A stretch of 64,000 bases of DNA from assembly GCA_010015585.1 (NCBI GenBank), contig ML975172.1; one strand, written 5' to 3'. Below are positions 25,100-38,804 of this stretch, in pieces; position 1 is the first letter of the stretch, and each line of letters opens with the position of its first letter. Origin of the DNA: Eremomyces bilateralis CBS 781.70. Its lineage: Eukaryota. The position numbers and the translations under genes were made by a program. The notes below the pieces were generated by a model. The model did not search any database and was not told the DNA's origin. It saw only the letters and a program-made list of their open reading frames with translations.

Positions 25100-28000
25100 T
25101 CAAGCTGCATACACCGGCGCCTTAAACAGCACGCTCCTTCCCCTCACCTGCACCCCCAACCCCACCGCCATTCTCACCCTCTTCTCCTCCTTCCCCTCCG
25201 TCCCCAAACTCACCTGACTTCCCCCCTTCTTCTCTGCTGCCGGCGCCACCGGCGCCACCTTCTTACTCCCACTCGACATCAACCCCGCCAACATACTTCT
25301 CCTCCCCGCCTTCTCGTCCTTTCCTCCCACCGCCCCCGGGCCCGCGGCATCCTCCGCCGGCTCCTTCGCGTCGCTCGCCGCGCTGTGGAAGCTCGCGCGG
25401 TCGTCTTTCTCGCCGTCAGCGGCGGTCGACGCAAGCGGGTTGGTGAGCGTGGGGATGCCGGATTCGGATTTCATGGTGTCGGCGACGACGGGGGTGCCGG
25501 GGAGGTAGTAGTCGATGCACACCTCGCGCGACTCACAGGGGAGGTGCAGGAGGATGTTGACGGCGAGTTCAACGATCATGTAGACGCCACCGTTGAGCTC
25601 AGGAGGCGAGGGGTCTTGGAGGTATCGTTGGAAGTCCGCGACGAGGCGCTCGTTGAGGGAGTCGATGAGCTGGGCGCGGTGGGCGGCGGCGTTGGGGGAG
25701 CGGAGTTGGTCGACCAGGCCTTCGAGCGTGGTGAGGCGCCAGGAGATGATCTTGCTGGAGAGGTTCTCTTCCTCCTCGGCGGATTGGACCTGTCCGACAT
25801 ACCGCCGGATGTTCATCTGGATCTGCTTGAGCTGCGACGAGAGGGCGGGGTCGAGGTCCGGGTGGAAGAGCTTGTCGAACACTTCGTGGCTGATCCACGC
25901 GGAGATGTAGGCGCGGCCGACGGCGGTCATTTCTTGCTTGCCGGTGAGGACCGCGTCTTTGTTCACGGAGGAGGTGAGGAAGGAAGGGATCTCGCGCCAG
26001 TTTTTTCGGATGTTGAAGGCGAGTTGGGAGACTAGGCCGTCCAGTCGGGAGAAACGCGTCGCGTATTCGGAGTCGTCGAGAGACGTGCGAGAAAGCGACA
26101 GCCGTTGGCGGGCGAGGGTGTTTTGGAGGGAGTGGACCTGGGCTTCTTTCTCGAAGTAGTATTTCTTGACCTTTTGGTATTTGTCGCCTATCGGACGGTT
26201 AGCACTTCATCCACATACGGTGAGAAGTTTTCACTGCAAGGCGCAATGTCGCATGGGGAAGGAAAACTTACGCAGTTCTTTATGCTCCCTCACGAGCTGA
26301 TTGAACTGCCCCTCCTCTTCCTCCGACTGACCCGTTGCGCTTCTCGGCGGCGGAGTATTGTTGCGACTCGGATCACCATCCTGCTGCAAAGTCTGCGGCT
26401 GTCCTGGTCGATACTGTTGACCCTGCGGGGGGCCACCAGGAGGAGGTGGATACCCTGGCGTCGGTGGCTGCATCTGTCCTTGGTTGAACTGCTGTTGTGC
26501 TTGTTGCGGCTGTTGCGGCTGTTGCGGCTGTTGCGGCTGTAGCCCAGGCATCTCCCGACTTTGCTGCAGGGCTCCTTTCGGTAGCTCGCCGGATCGTTGC
26601 AATTTTCCTCCCGAAGCGAGCGGCGCCATAGATGTCCCTTGCTGTTGCTGTTGCTGGTGCTGCTGCTGTTGTTGTTGTTGTTGTTGTTGCTGCTGCTGCT
26701 GCTGCTGTTGTCCCTGCAGAACGTGTTGGGGCGTTTGCTGGTTGATATCGATTGATGTCCGTTCCTGACTTTGGCCTTGCTCGCCCTGTGGGATATATGG
26801 CGAGTAATTCTGCACCAATGGAGACGGGGGGTTCAACTGCTGTTGAGACGACGGGCGACCGGTGTTCAGAAGCAAGTCTTGGTCGGACTGGTTCAGCGAC
26901 TGCGGTTGCTGGACGATCCTAACGGATTGCGGTGGTTCCCCTTGCGGATGGCTTTGCTGCGACGAAGGGCGTCTTGGCTGCAAGAACTGTAGGTCAGGTT
27001 GTTGCTGCGTCTGTGCACGCGCTTGCGGCGGATATTGCTGGTCGCCTTGCTGCTGGTAGTACTGAACGCGAACGTTCGGGTCGGCACCAGGTGGAGGTGG
27101 GCCTTGAATGGCAAGGCCTTGCGGTGGTGGTTGGAACGCGTGGTAGACTCCCGGCTGTTGAGGGTTGCCTTGCTGGCCTTGGTAAGGCTGGTAGCCAGGC
27201 GGGGCGCCTTGGCGGTTCACGGCTTGATCTGGCTGGCCGAAGCGGTCGGGGCCAGCTCCGCTCTGCGAACTTTGATCGGTGCTGGTTCGCTGGAGTTGGG
27301 GGTTCGAGGGATACCCAGACTGTCCTTGCGGGTATGGTTGATTGGGGGATTCCTTCGACGGCACGACGGGAGGGGAGTCACGGACAAGGTAGGGGTCGTA
27401 ATCGGACTCTTCGTCTACTTCGGTGGAAATGGGGAGGTGTTGGGAGGAAGCAAGGCGAGTGTCCCAATATTGACGGTTGGGGTCTTCTGCTGGCTGGATG
27501 CTATATCGGTTTGAAGGAGACCGTTTTTCGCGAAGAGAGACTGTTCGCGAAAGTCCCTTGTTCGGTGCGAGCTGAGACCCGTCTTGTGATTCTCTATGAG
27601 AATGACCGAATCCCAATCGACCTAGAAGTCGGTCTTTCTTCGACTCCGGTGCGTGCGAGGTGGGAAGCTTGGTTTGCGGGGTTGCGTATGAATATCGGCG
27701 GTCCGCGTTGTAATTTTGGTTCCCCTCCTTGGCAGGGACCGGAGAAGCAACGTCAACCGCTGGTGGGTCAATGGAATGGCTGGGCGCCGGTTTCAGGGTA
27801 CCGGACCTCGATACCCCGATATGTTGATATCTTTCGTCGGTCGGCGGCTGTTGGAAATACTGGGGCGACCGTTGTTGCTGCCGCTGTGACTGCTGCGAAG
27901 GAGGCTGAGAAGAGTGAGGAGGGTCGTGACGCTCTGTGAATCAAATCGTAGTCGATGTCAGCCTGGAGATGCAGCACGGTGAAGTGGGAAGGGAAGCTCT

Positions 28001-28161
28001 CCGCTCCTCATTCAGGGTCAGGGAAATTCGAGAGGAGGCCCACCTGACGGGACGGATTGCTGCGATTGCTGCGATTGCTGCGATTGCTGCGATTGCTGCG
28101 AGTGCGCCGATGGATTCCCCACTGCCGGCTGCGAATGTTTCCTTGAACTGAAGATGGGCAT
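25100..28161 (-). CDS. Conserved fungal Q/P-rich protein with coiled-coil and C-terminal domain, 3 exons
   Basis: ATG 28161. Introns at 27934-28043 and 26188-26271 give one open frame through the polyQ region into DKYQKVKKYYFEKEAQV..SRTSLDDSEY. Confidence 0.82.
26640..26710 (-). repeat. CAG/CAA microsatellite encoding polyQ
   Basis: (tgc/tgt)n run on the plus strand, inside the CDS. Confidence 0.9.
28055..28100 (-). repeat. 9-bp tandem repeat (GATTGCTGC)x5 encoding SQQ
   Basis: Read directly from the sequence; lies in exon 1 of the Q-rich gene. Confidence 0.9.
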
Positions 28162-30679
28162 CGCAATATGCGAGGCTGACGGGAATACGGAGGAAGCAGT
28201 GGAAGCGGGCGAAGTGGGTGAAGCGTTTGTGTGGAGAGGAGAGCCGCGCAAAGGGGTTCCTGGAATCTGACTGGAAGTTCCAATAAGGAGACAGGAGGGC
28301 AGGGTGGGGCTGAAAGGACAAGCTGTTCCTCACAAGTGACAAGTCACAGCAGCTGCTTGGAAGTCTGTCACCGTCCCAGGCTGCTTTTTTCCTCGCTCTG
28401 TTGGTACTCGCTGCAGTAGCTGTAATATGGAGGATGCACGCTTAGACGAATGGGCGTCGCTGGATGGCTAAGAATAAAGTCGTCAAGCGGAAACCCGGCG
28501 CCCGAGCGCGACCGCGACACTGCAAGAAAAGGTATCGACGCGGACGCGCAACACCTGTCTCCCAGCAAACACGTACGAGCAGAAGGTGCCAGGCGGATGT
28601 TTGAGGAGAAATCGAAGAAAAGGCTAGCAGATGTTTAAGGATACGGTTTAGGATACGGGCAGGTCTTGTTCTATCGATTTCGCAGGAACGCCAGCACCTA
28701 CGCCTCACAACCCGTCTTGCCGTCTTGCAGCTGGTGCACTAGAATTAGGTAGATGAATGACAGACCTTCCCCGGGTCCAGGAGTGAAGACTGAAAAGGCA
28801 GCAGGAACCTCTGCCGCCACTCCACTGTAAAGCAGAAAGCTGAGAAACAGCTTGCGTTTAAGGAGGTCTGCCCGCATCAGCAGCACATGGATACGGGACG
28901 GTGTAGGAACCGACTGCCACCAGCAGCTAGCCTATCCAATGGTCTGGTCGGGGTTCGGTGCGAGGACGGAGATGTCGGACTATCAGTGCCATGGGAGCCG
29001 ATGGGAGTTGGGATGAAGCCAGCAGCTCCAGCTCAGGAGTGAGGTTATGCTCCTTAGTACACTAAGTACAGGGCAATCAAGGGGGCACGGCGGGTTACGG
29101 ACAGAAATCAAGACGGGTTCAGTTAGACCCGTGAGAATCATAATGTTTTGTGACCACCTACCGCATATTCAAGCTGCCAGATATGAGATAGCCGAATGCC
29201 TAACCAAAAGAAACCAGCTGGGTGGTTCATGGAGGAGGCTGTGCAAGTAGGCATGCATACTATTCGACTCCACACTGTCCACAGGCATGAGAATTGATAC
29301 CTACCCGCGCCAACATCTCCGGTCTGCCCGATCCTTTTTTCTGTTACATGGACCATTTTCAGCTTTGGACTATTTCGTCTTGCAGATTCGGTAGTTTACA
29401 ATTTACCTTCACCATCATGTCATTGACAACCCAATGTGGCTCACGATAAACTCCAATCCGAGGAAATGTTGAGGACCTGAAGCCAGCCACCAGGCGGGGT
29501 CCAATGACATGTAATGCTATTTTTAGGATCTCGCGTTCCCTTATCCTCATCGATCCTGAGTCCTGTCAGGCGAGTGTCAGCACTTAAACCTCAATTCTGC
29601 AAATGTTGGTTCGTTGTTCTGGTTCCAATATTAATGCCTAGGGAATGTGGATAATATGGCGGGAAGGGGGATTGCGTGACCGCTTTCTCAATATTGCTCT
29701 ACCACTCCATGTCAGATCAATGCAACTGTCTCAAGTCTCCAACCCAACCTGAACCACGAGGGACTATTCTCAGTTCCATGGGAATCAAGACCAGTTGGCG
29801 AATTGAGGCTCTGCAATGCAAACAAGCTGCCATAGTCTCACCCCTGTTAAGTGCACAACAGATGTCTGGTTGGCATTAGGGCTCAGTGTCTTATTGCCTG
29901 AGGCAAGTATCCCTCCAACCCTCCTACCGTTCTAGGTAAAATATGAACGGGTACGCTCGGAGTCGAACCCGCGACCACCAGGTAAGCCCCTGAATGCCTT
30001 TTATAACTCCTTTCCATGCCTAAGCACCACAGTGCAAAAGAGAAAAAGGTAGGCATAGCGATTCCCAGTAGAAGTGTACAACTATAAGCCCGAGGCCCTA
30101 GGTAACCCCCTAGGGTTTTTTCAACATACTCCCGATACTTTCGTCCTGTGGGGAGTGAATCGAGCGGTTATAACCACCACGGCTTAGCCAGATTATTTCC
30201 GCTGAAAGGATTTGTTTAAACTGGGTATATAAATTCCATCGGCAATTCACCCCCAACCAATATATCCCCCCCTGTTGACCTCCCAACTCAATGAAAGGGG
30301 TTAATACAGCAAGTTTCCATCTCTGGAGAGTCAAAGCCAGGCGAAGAAAGTTAATGGTTGGAAGCATCTTGGAGCCCAGGGGTGACTATGGTCAGCGTTA
30401 GGGTCATCACTTCGCCCAACTGGGCGGAACATCCGGAATAAAACCAACTGCTGGCCTGGAAGCGTATTCCCAGGCTCGAAAACTGTTAATCATTACTTTC
30501 CTTTCGCATTGCTTGGCCCTTCGAATACAAATCTCAGCCCCTACTCCATTGAATTAGGTGAGCCGAAAATTACGACTCGTCGGCAAGGTAGGCAGAACGT
30601 GTCAACGCGGCAGAGGGGTATCACGCAACGCAATTTTACGGGGCGGCAGCTTTGATGGACATAAAAATAGTGGATGTTA

Positions 30680-31100
30680 TCATGTTTGCATCCTTGATGC
30701 CCCGATAAGTCCTGTCGCCAGGTCCTTTCCACTCACTTCATCCCATAATTCCACTATCACGTCCCACAGCCTCGATTCAACCACAGGGGAGAGCCTGCGG
30801 TAGACGAGGTGATCGACCTCATACGTCGGATATAACGGCGGAGTCGTAAAGCTAGCTTTGCCGTCGCAATCCATCCTAAGTTTGTCCATGATGCAGTAAA
30901 CGTCCTCGTCATGCGGAACCACTCTCCGAATCGAGGGGCCAGAAACCCCAAGTTCGTTGGCCGTTTTAATCGCTTTCACGGCATCTTCTGCTGAGAGAAG
31001 AGGTATAACGGTTAGGTATGAGGTTCATCGATAGTTGGTACACGCGGGCGAATTGATTGACTGAGGGAGAGGCAAAAATGTACCATATCAGCTCATTGTC
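30680..31100 (-). pseudogene. Kinase/APH-like N-lobe fragment
   Basis: QFARVYQLS...AIKTANELGVSGPSIRRVV..YCIMD, in broken frames. Confidence 0.4.
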
Positions 31101-31658
31101 TTTGATATTGCTGGAGGCTGTCTTCCTCGAAACCAGTTTTGTTGGCCTCGGGCAAGACCTGGTGGGATTCAATAGTGCTGTTCTCTGAGACGCTGGTCAT
31201 AATGTGAGATGACTAAGAAATTTACTGCTTGTTGGACGGACAAGAAGGCCTTGATAAATGAGTCGGAGAATTATGAAATGTGAGACTAGTATGAACGTTT
31301 GGTACGGGTGGATGACTGATTCCCACATATCATATCTGCCTAAAACTGCTAATGGAATGGCCATGCTGAAATGCCCGAAAATTTCGTCTTGGTCACATTT
31401 TTTAGTGAATTGACACGGAGTAGAAAGAATTCACACGGGGATGAAGATGGTGGCCAGTGAGTCGACCTTCAATTTCCCAATATGCCACCGATCACCAAGC
31501 TCCCTGGAGCCTCAACTCGCTCCTTGCCTCCATCACTCTAGCGACAGCTCACAGCTACACTACTACAATACCGTAGGTAGCCTGTGGGAGTGAAAGAACC
31601 AACATAATTCCCGATCCACCATATCTCCGCATAGGCATCCAAGGTTCCAGATTCCGCG

Positions 31659-32415
31659 ATGCCAGGTCCGTACCGAAAGCACTTCATCCCCCTTGAATCC
31701 GACCCGGAAGTGTTCACCCGTCTCCTGCATAAGCTGGGCATCTCACCGGACCTCCGATTCCAGGAAATCTATGCGATCGACGAACCTGATCAGCTACCAC
31801 ACCCAGCCTTAGCGCTTGTCTTCATTTTCCCTGCGCCAGCGGCCTACGAGGTTCAAAAAGCAAAGGAGGATTCTGGATCGAGCGAATATGCCGGAGGTGA
31901 TGACCAGGATGTAATGTGGTTCAAGCAAACAATCCATAACGCGTGTGGATTCTACGCTCTGCTCCATTCCGTCTGCAACGGACCTGCTAAGGCATATATC
32001 CGTAAGTTATGGTGGGGATTTGAAAATCCACATAACTAAACCAAACCCAGAGCCAGGAACCCTTTTAGGAAGGCTCATGGATACTTGCCGATCGTTGGGG
32101 ACGGAAGACCGCATCCGTGTGCTGGAAGATTCTAAAGAGCTTGAGACTATCTATGCAGAGGCTGCTAGAGAAGGGGGCACTCCAGTGCCGGGTGCTGAAG
32201 AAGAGGTGGACTCCCATTACATCTGCTTTGTCAAGTCCACCGGAAATTCTCATCTATATGAGCTCGATGGGGACCGAAAGGGTCCAGTCGACAAAGGCTT
32301 CGTGGAAGCGGATGATGTGTTGGCCGAAGAAAGCCTAAATGTTGTCAAACAGTATATGCAGGATGCTGGTCTTGGTCACGGTCTCATGGCCCTGGTAAGC
32401 GACAGCGCAAGGTGA
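31659..32415 (+). CDS. Ubiquitin C-terminal hydrolase (peptidase C12, UCH-L3/Yuh1-like)
   Basis: PLESDPEVF, QTIHNAC (catalytic Cys), HYICF (His) and YELDG (Asp). One intron at 32002-32050. Confidence 0.92.
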
Positions 32416-35400
32416 TTAGCAGAAGAGATTCTCGTGAGTCATCTGTCGTCCGGTAGGTGCGGCCTGAAATGAGCATAGTTGCAAAGGATACAAATGATAT
32501 TCCCCATGCCTTCAACGCCACCCAGACTGTTCGCCGCCTGTTCTGAAAGTTTGAGGACAAGTTCCGGAATCCGCGTCCAGCACCAAGGATATTTAAGCCA
32601 AAGCAGAGGATGGCATGAGTGGCATCAGAATCAAACTAAGGCTACCTCCGCGGGCCTGACGTTTGTGGGAATATAAGTACTTTGATGGACCCACTGGTTT
32701 GCTGCTCTTCTTCGCTCCTCATTCATCTATCATCCAGACTCTATCCCCTTCGTGGCCCGACAGGCTCCAAATATTTGGGCACCGCAATCCCTATTGGCCA
32801 TGAAGGGGATATATACATGATTCTATACACACAAGATTCTACACACCCTCATACAAAAATTCTATATACACCACACCTCGACCACTAACCGGCTGCGGAA
32901 GCACCTTCGTCGTACGTTCACCAACGGGATCTGCCAACGTTGTGGGACGAAGTAGACAGCGCTTAGAACGAGAGGTGAATATATATTATCTTTTCCAATA
33001 GCCAAATGAGTGCTAATCCAGTCGAGTCCCATCATTTTCGTCCACTCGAAATGGGTCAACCCCTCATTTTGGTATATCGTCAGCTTGGGATGCCAACCAT
33101 TGCTCCTGGCGCTAGAATGAGGAGGCAGACACCCGCGACGAACCGAACTTTTCGATCTGGATTTATATAATGACTATTACCTGCCCGCATAGATGAGTGT
33201 ATGAATCCTTCAATTCACTCAAGAGATCCCCCGGTGGTTTGCAGAATCACATCATTCACACATCATTCACTGAATCACTGACAGGATATATTGCCTTCCT
33301 TCTACCGTTGCTGGCGCTACTGGGTCGCCTCATATGGCGGCCAGAAGGCGGAAAGAGAGATGCGTTATCCGGACCAGAAGGCATTCTCGAATACCCAGCT
33401 CCAAAGCATGGGAGTGGCGAAAGACGACCACTCTATCCCTAAGCTTAAGGTGGTGGACCAAAAATCTTATTACATGCATCGGATGTCGTATTTGCTAACA
33501 ACGGAACACTCCCGGCGGATAAGCGGGAGGTGAATCATCTGTGCGGCAACAAACGCAATCGAGTTTTTCCACGAACCAAAAAATCTACAGACCTGATAGA
33601 ATCGGATGAGTCAGGGGGCGGAGATTGGTGTGGTGGCCGAAGAAAGGATATATATCGTCAAACGGTATGTGTAGAGGTCTTATTCATGGCCCCATGGCAC
33701 TGAAAGGAACCCTCGAGGCTCGGCTTGATATTGTGGAGGCGATAGAACGTGTAGAGTAAGGAGTGTAGGCGGTTTGTGAGCAGGTTGACCACCGCCTGCA
33801 CTGCCTGCTCTACCAGTGCTGACGCCTCCACCATATCAAGTCGAGCCTTGAGAATTTGACCAAGAATTTGGTCGATCAAAACGGCGGGTAGGGATGGAGC
33901 GAGGGTACGATCACCATCTAACTTGGTTGTCTATTTCCATCATACCTCCGCTGTGGTGGTTCGAACCCTAGCTGGATTCCGCGGAGCCCTTTTGATCGAC
34001 CAAATCATCAGCCAAATCCTCGAGGTTCGACTAGCTCAGCTTCCTAGTACAAAACAATCGCACATCTAAGAAGCCGATAACTAGACCGGATTTCAGGGTC
34101 GAATGTATCCCAGGGACCACTGTTCGAAAGCTTCAGCTCGGATTGGTAGACACCTAACGTAACCTAGAGTACATTAGTGTTGCATCGGCTGTTTCTTTTG
34201 GAGTCAGTTACATGTCACTTGGATCGCAGATATCCACTTTACCTAGCTACTCCCCGATGTAGATAGAGACACCAAGGGGGCTGGTTAAGGAATCTCCCAT
34301 AATTCCTACGAGTCCATGGAATGGGATACTATCTATCCATCCTCACCCAGGTGTTTGTGTCCAAGCCTGGTAGAATGAGGCACAGGGTATTTCATCTGAA
34401 GGGCATCTTGGTCATTGATGTGATACATCGAACAGCGGCCCCAGACACTGAGGGATATTCGCCAACCTTGCAGCTATACGTCCGCGTATTGTATCAGGAC
34501 ATATCGGCAACCAATTAAGTTCATTAGTGCGACTGCGGTCGGTGCTAGAAAGCGTTAGCACAGAATTTTTTTTCTAGGAGCTGGTTCGTCAATGTCTATC
34601 GGCACTGAACTGACTGTTTCAACATTCAAGATATCGTGTTTCCCTTGCACAATCATGACGATCAGATTTTGGGCTCAAAGATTACCTCAACGCAGAACAT
34701 CGTAGGTGTTTGGTTCAGAAGTGTGCGACCACATATCCGGGGCATGATAGTTTTATCGATTATATAAAGAGAGTCGTTGGGATCTTGTAAAGGACTCCGA
34801 AGTCGAGGTGCACATTCGATGAGAGGTGAGATTTTCGCATTATTAGACATGTACTAGTAACTGAAGGGGCCGAGGCCGAGGTGGTAATATATTTACCGTG
34901 TCTGAATTCTGAATACGATACTATATGTTGGAGTATCGCGTGACTTCCAGGAGACTCCATGATTTCGCCGCTCATTCATTTCATATGCAGTCGCGCCCCT
35001 TGTCGACGTCTTCGGATCTTCAATCTTTTGCCTTAGCAAAATGATAGTTCTCACCTTTAGCGGCTCTGTTCGGATCATCCTACTTGGAGGCTCCTGTCTG
35101 CCTCAGCGTTAGCAGACGTGTTGTGGTGGCGACCATGGCACTTAGGAGATCTTGAAGCTCACTACTTACCCGAGCCGAGCATGCTTGTTTTGCTCACAGC
35201 TCCCAGTTCTTCGTCGCGTTAGGAAACTTCAGGGATCAATCCTTTGTTGGACATCCATGTCGCATGCGTTCAACCATAGAATATTAGTGCTGAAATGCTC
35301 ACGAGGCAACAATCAATTCCGTACTCTTCCAGTCAGGTGGACACGGCCTGCACATTTGCTTAGTACACGGTTTCGATTAAACCGGCTTAGGCGATCCATG

Positions 35401-35709
35401 GAAATGTTATAATCGGTCATGCTAGAAGCCTAGGAATCGGTAATATCCACGAATAATACGAAGAGTCTTGCTTCACGCAAAATCCTCAATTCACTTCGTG
35501 GCGACTTGTAATACGAGTGAATTACAAGGGGTTGGCTACCCCTGTTCCAACCGACGAACCGGACCCCCTATTTCTATGCTCAGCCTTACCTCTTGATTTT
35601 CGATCCGCCTTCGCTCTCCTCAAAGGACCTTAGTTATCGCCTGTCCAATCAACTGCTGACATGCAATCAGTCGATCGCCCCCATCGCCAGCAGAACGCTT
35701 CAAATCTCA

Positions 35710-36251
35710 ATGCAGGAACCCGTTATCCAATGGCCGCTTGATCTCGACGGCGAGGACCGTGTTAGTGCAGGTATCACAGCGGTTGTTGCGCGACTTGATG
35801 CCGTCGTCAAATTCTAAGACCCGTCAGAATCAAACCTTTGAAAGGAGGAGCTCGTGTATCATCACCTTGGTCGCGGTCACAGCGACATTGTTCGGTATTT
35901 TGGTGCCTTGGAAAATGCCATCATCTTGCAGTTTGCGGAGCCAGACGTCAATCAGATTATAACTGGCAAGGCAAACAAATCCAGTGGCGCGTTCTCTCAA
36001 GCTTCGTTGGTTTGAACAACTCACCGATGCCATGTTTCATCCACTCGAGAAAGGTGTTCCATGGGGAGATATCCTGCAACAGCATTTTCTTCGACGACAG
36101 CTTTGACGTGAAACTCGGTGATTTCGCCGGATCAACCATTGATGACCTTTCTCTACTCATCTGCTACGAGACCAGCTATGAACTTCCCGGCGAAGATATC
36201 GCGATAAGAACGAAACTCTTTGCCCTCGGCTCCACGATCTATGATGGTTAG
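35710..36251 (+). pseudogene. Protein kinase pseudogene
   Basis: AVVKF*..HSDIVRYFG, then frameshifted FIHSRKVFHGEISCNSIFF..VKLGDFAGS..LFALGSTIY. It has stops and an altered catalytic loop. Confidence 0.75.
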
Positions 36252-37824
36252 TTATTCTGGCGGCTGCCATCCAAGAGTCGCATAAAACGTATCTCGAATC
36301 GTTCTCAGCCCACGATTCTTGTTCCCCTTTCTATTCACTGCTATTTCCCTCCTTCCAATTGTAGGTTGGGTAAGGCGCTGGAAGTTCCTTCGATGATATT
36401 TAAGCACTGTACTATGTAGTACTGACCTCGTTAACTTCCTGCCTGCAACTCCTTAAAGCTCCTCGACTATTACCCGTTGGTTGTTCTAAGTACCGGAACC
36501 TTACTCGAATGGGTGAAAGTAACGTGGCGATAGAATGATGAGCCTTTTTCACTGTTCTTGCTCCACTTGGTCAACGTTGGCCCGTAATTATGCCTTCTCA
36601 GGTTCAGGTTATGTACCGTCTGTGCTTGGCAGCTCATAGGGATAGAGCTACCGGATACATACCCAAGCCTTCCAGCATGGTACCAGTCCGAGGAGTCAAC
36701 CTTCAGTTCCAAATTCCAACCTCCAGCTGCCCATTTTCAGGGAATCAAGGATTATTGGTTCCTTGTGCCTTGTGGGGACTGGATCGTCCAAAAATAGAGC
36801 CCCATCATGCTCCCCGCAGCAAGACTGGAAAGTGGAAAGTGTAATTTGTTATACCGAATACCGGCCACCAGGACTTTATTTTAGAATTTAGACAAGTGCT
36901 GTAATGTCTTGCACCGGGAATCCTGGATAGCTGATGGATATTGTACCTTACTTCCCTACCCGAAGGAATCGTCGATATTCATATCCCGTATTTGCCACTT
37001 TCGCCTGTCTGCTCATGCTTCTATGCTATGGTGAGCTGGTAACAGGCCACAGCAGCTTCGGTCCGACCAACTTCCCTTGCCGACAAGACCACCTCAAAGT
37101 TTTATCGAATCCTGTATTTATAGAGCCTCGTGGTGGGTTTACCAGGTATATACGAGCAACTCCAGCCGATCATTTCCGTACTAAGTATCATGGACGACGA
37201 TCTTCCACGATCCCGCTCAAATAAGATCGTGTTCCTCACGATGTTACATTTTGCATTCCGAACATTGATACTTCACCGATCCTAGCGTCCTTCTGATCCG
37301 ACATCCAGGCTTTCGGCCGTCTCTTTCCAATTCCAATCAGGTTATGGAAACTCCATCGTGCCTGTAGAGTGGACGGATCCTGAAACTCCTTCTATCTCCG
37401 CTCCGATTTCCGATCTTCGACCCTGTGAACTTCCCTGTGAACGGGTCGGCGAGGGATCTTTCGTTGCTTACCACTTAACTGTCACCAATACATGGGAGCT
37501 CGAGTGCATCCGAAATTCCCAATCGAGCATCACGATACATTGGATGGAACGAAAATAACCTCATCCTAGTCACACGCGAACAAACGTTCCGGTTGTCCAT
37601 GGGGAAGGGCGCTCCACTGCTATTTTTACTGATCCTCTGGCGACATAAATGCCCTCAAGCGTCCGCTTTGCAATTTGGACAGCAGCAAAACACTCAAATT
37701 TGTCCATTTCAATCAAAGAGTCTACATTCTAATAGCGCCTCGCTGCTCCTTCGTCAATTCCTCCACTTTCTCTCCTATTTTTATTAAACGTCCATCCAAT
37801 TCCTTCTCCTACCAAGTCACCAAA

Positions 37825-38436
37825 ATGCAATTCCTCACCCCCCTCACCCTCCTCTTCCTCACCCCCCTTCTCCTCGCTTCCCCCACCCCCCGCTCCCCTA
37901 TCTCCGCCTACGAAGTCACCAACATGGGCCTCTTCCACGGCTCCGGGCGTCCCGGCAACGTGAACAACTACGTCGTGAACATCCGGATGCACGACCTCGA
38001 CCCGGCCGCGAGCGACGTCTACACGAATTGCACGGCGACGTGGCCGATGGCTGAGCCAAACACGTGGCCTCACGAATATGTGGACTGCGCGGACGACGAC
38101 GGGAATGCGAGCTTCCAGTGGAAGTTTGGGAGGTTTTCGAGCCTGTCAGACTTCTTGTTCGAGGCGAAGCATACGTATGAGGATCCGAGGTGAGTTGCGA
38201 ATTGAATTCTTTTGCTGGTGCATGTCTATTTGTACCGTTCGGCGAGGGCAGTGGCTAATGAACTTGTTTCTGACAGTGTCGGATATCCGAATATCGTTAC
38301 GACCTGGGCGCACGCGAATGTGACTGCCGGGCCAAACGCTGACCTCACATGTGTCGGTGGTGCATCAGGAGTCTTTTCGTGCGGATTGCGGGACAGGATC
38401 CCTCTTCGTGTTGATGTCTATCAGGCGATTGCGTGA
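37825..38436 (+). CDS. Small secreted Cys-containing protein (possibly AA1-like fold)
   Basis: Signal-peptide-like MQFLTPLTLLFLTPLLLASP and 4 Cys. Intron at 38190-38276. Confidence 0.8.
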
Positions 38437-38804
38437 AGCGGGAAGCGTTGATCGGAATTCTGAAAAGTGCATGTACAGCGATCCGCTAGACAGATAGTTC
38501 AATGTATGAATCAAATCTGATAATATATGTTCGTACAGTGGTGCATCTACCAATGGAGTCGTCCGGAAATCCATTCGCCGGCATTGGCTTTTATATTCAC
38601 GTGAATTACACTTCGAGAGTATGTGGCCAGGCATTTACGACTGGTGGATACCATGCACTGCATATGAATCCCTCTTCCAAGCCAAAACTGCATTGCCCGT
38701 ATTCCCTCATAACGCCATAGTGTCTTTCCTTCGAGGCATGTATACCCAGCCGTTATCAGTACCAAGCACATCCATCTCCAACCCACCCAACCCTGATGGC
38801 ACCC

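Noticed and set aside
26484..26768. Poly-Cys ORF on the plus strand
   Set aside because: It is the antisense shadow of the polyQ tract.
26932..27939. 335-aa plus-strand ORF and similar long overlapping ORFs (e.g. 56685-57506, 25385-26035)
   Set aside because: These are antisense or alternative-frame shadows of GC-rich real genes.
29945..30030. tRNA on the minus strand (GGTCGCGGGTTCGACTCC)
   Set aside because: Only a B-box/T-loop-like motif is present; there is no matching acceptor stem or D arm.
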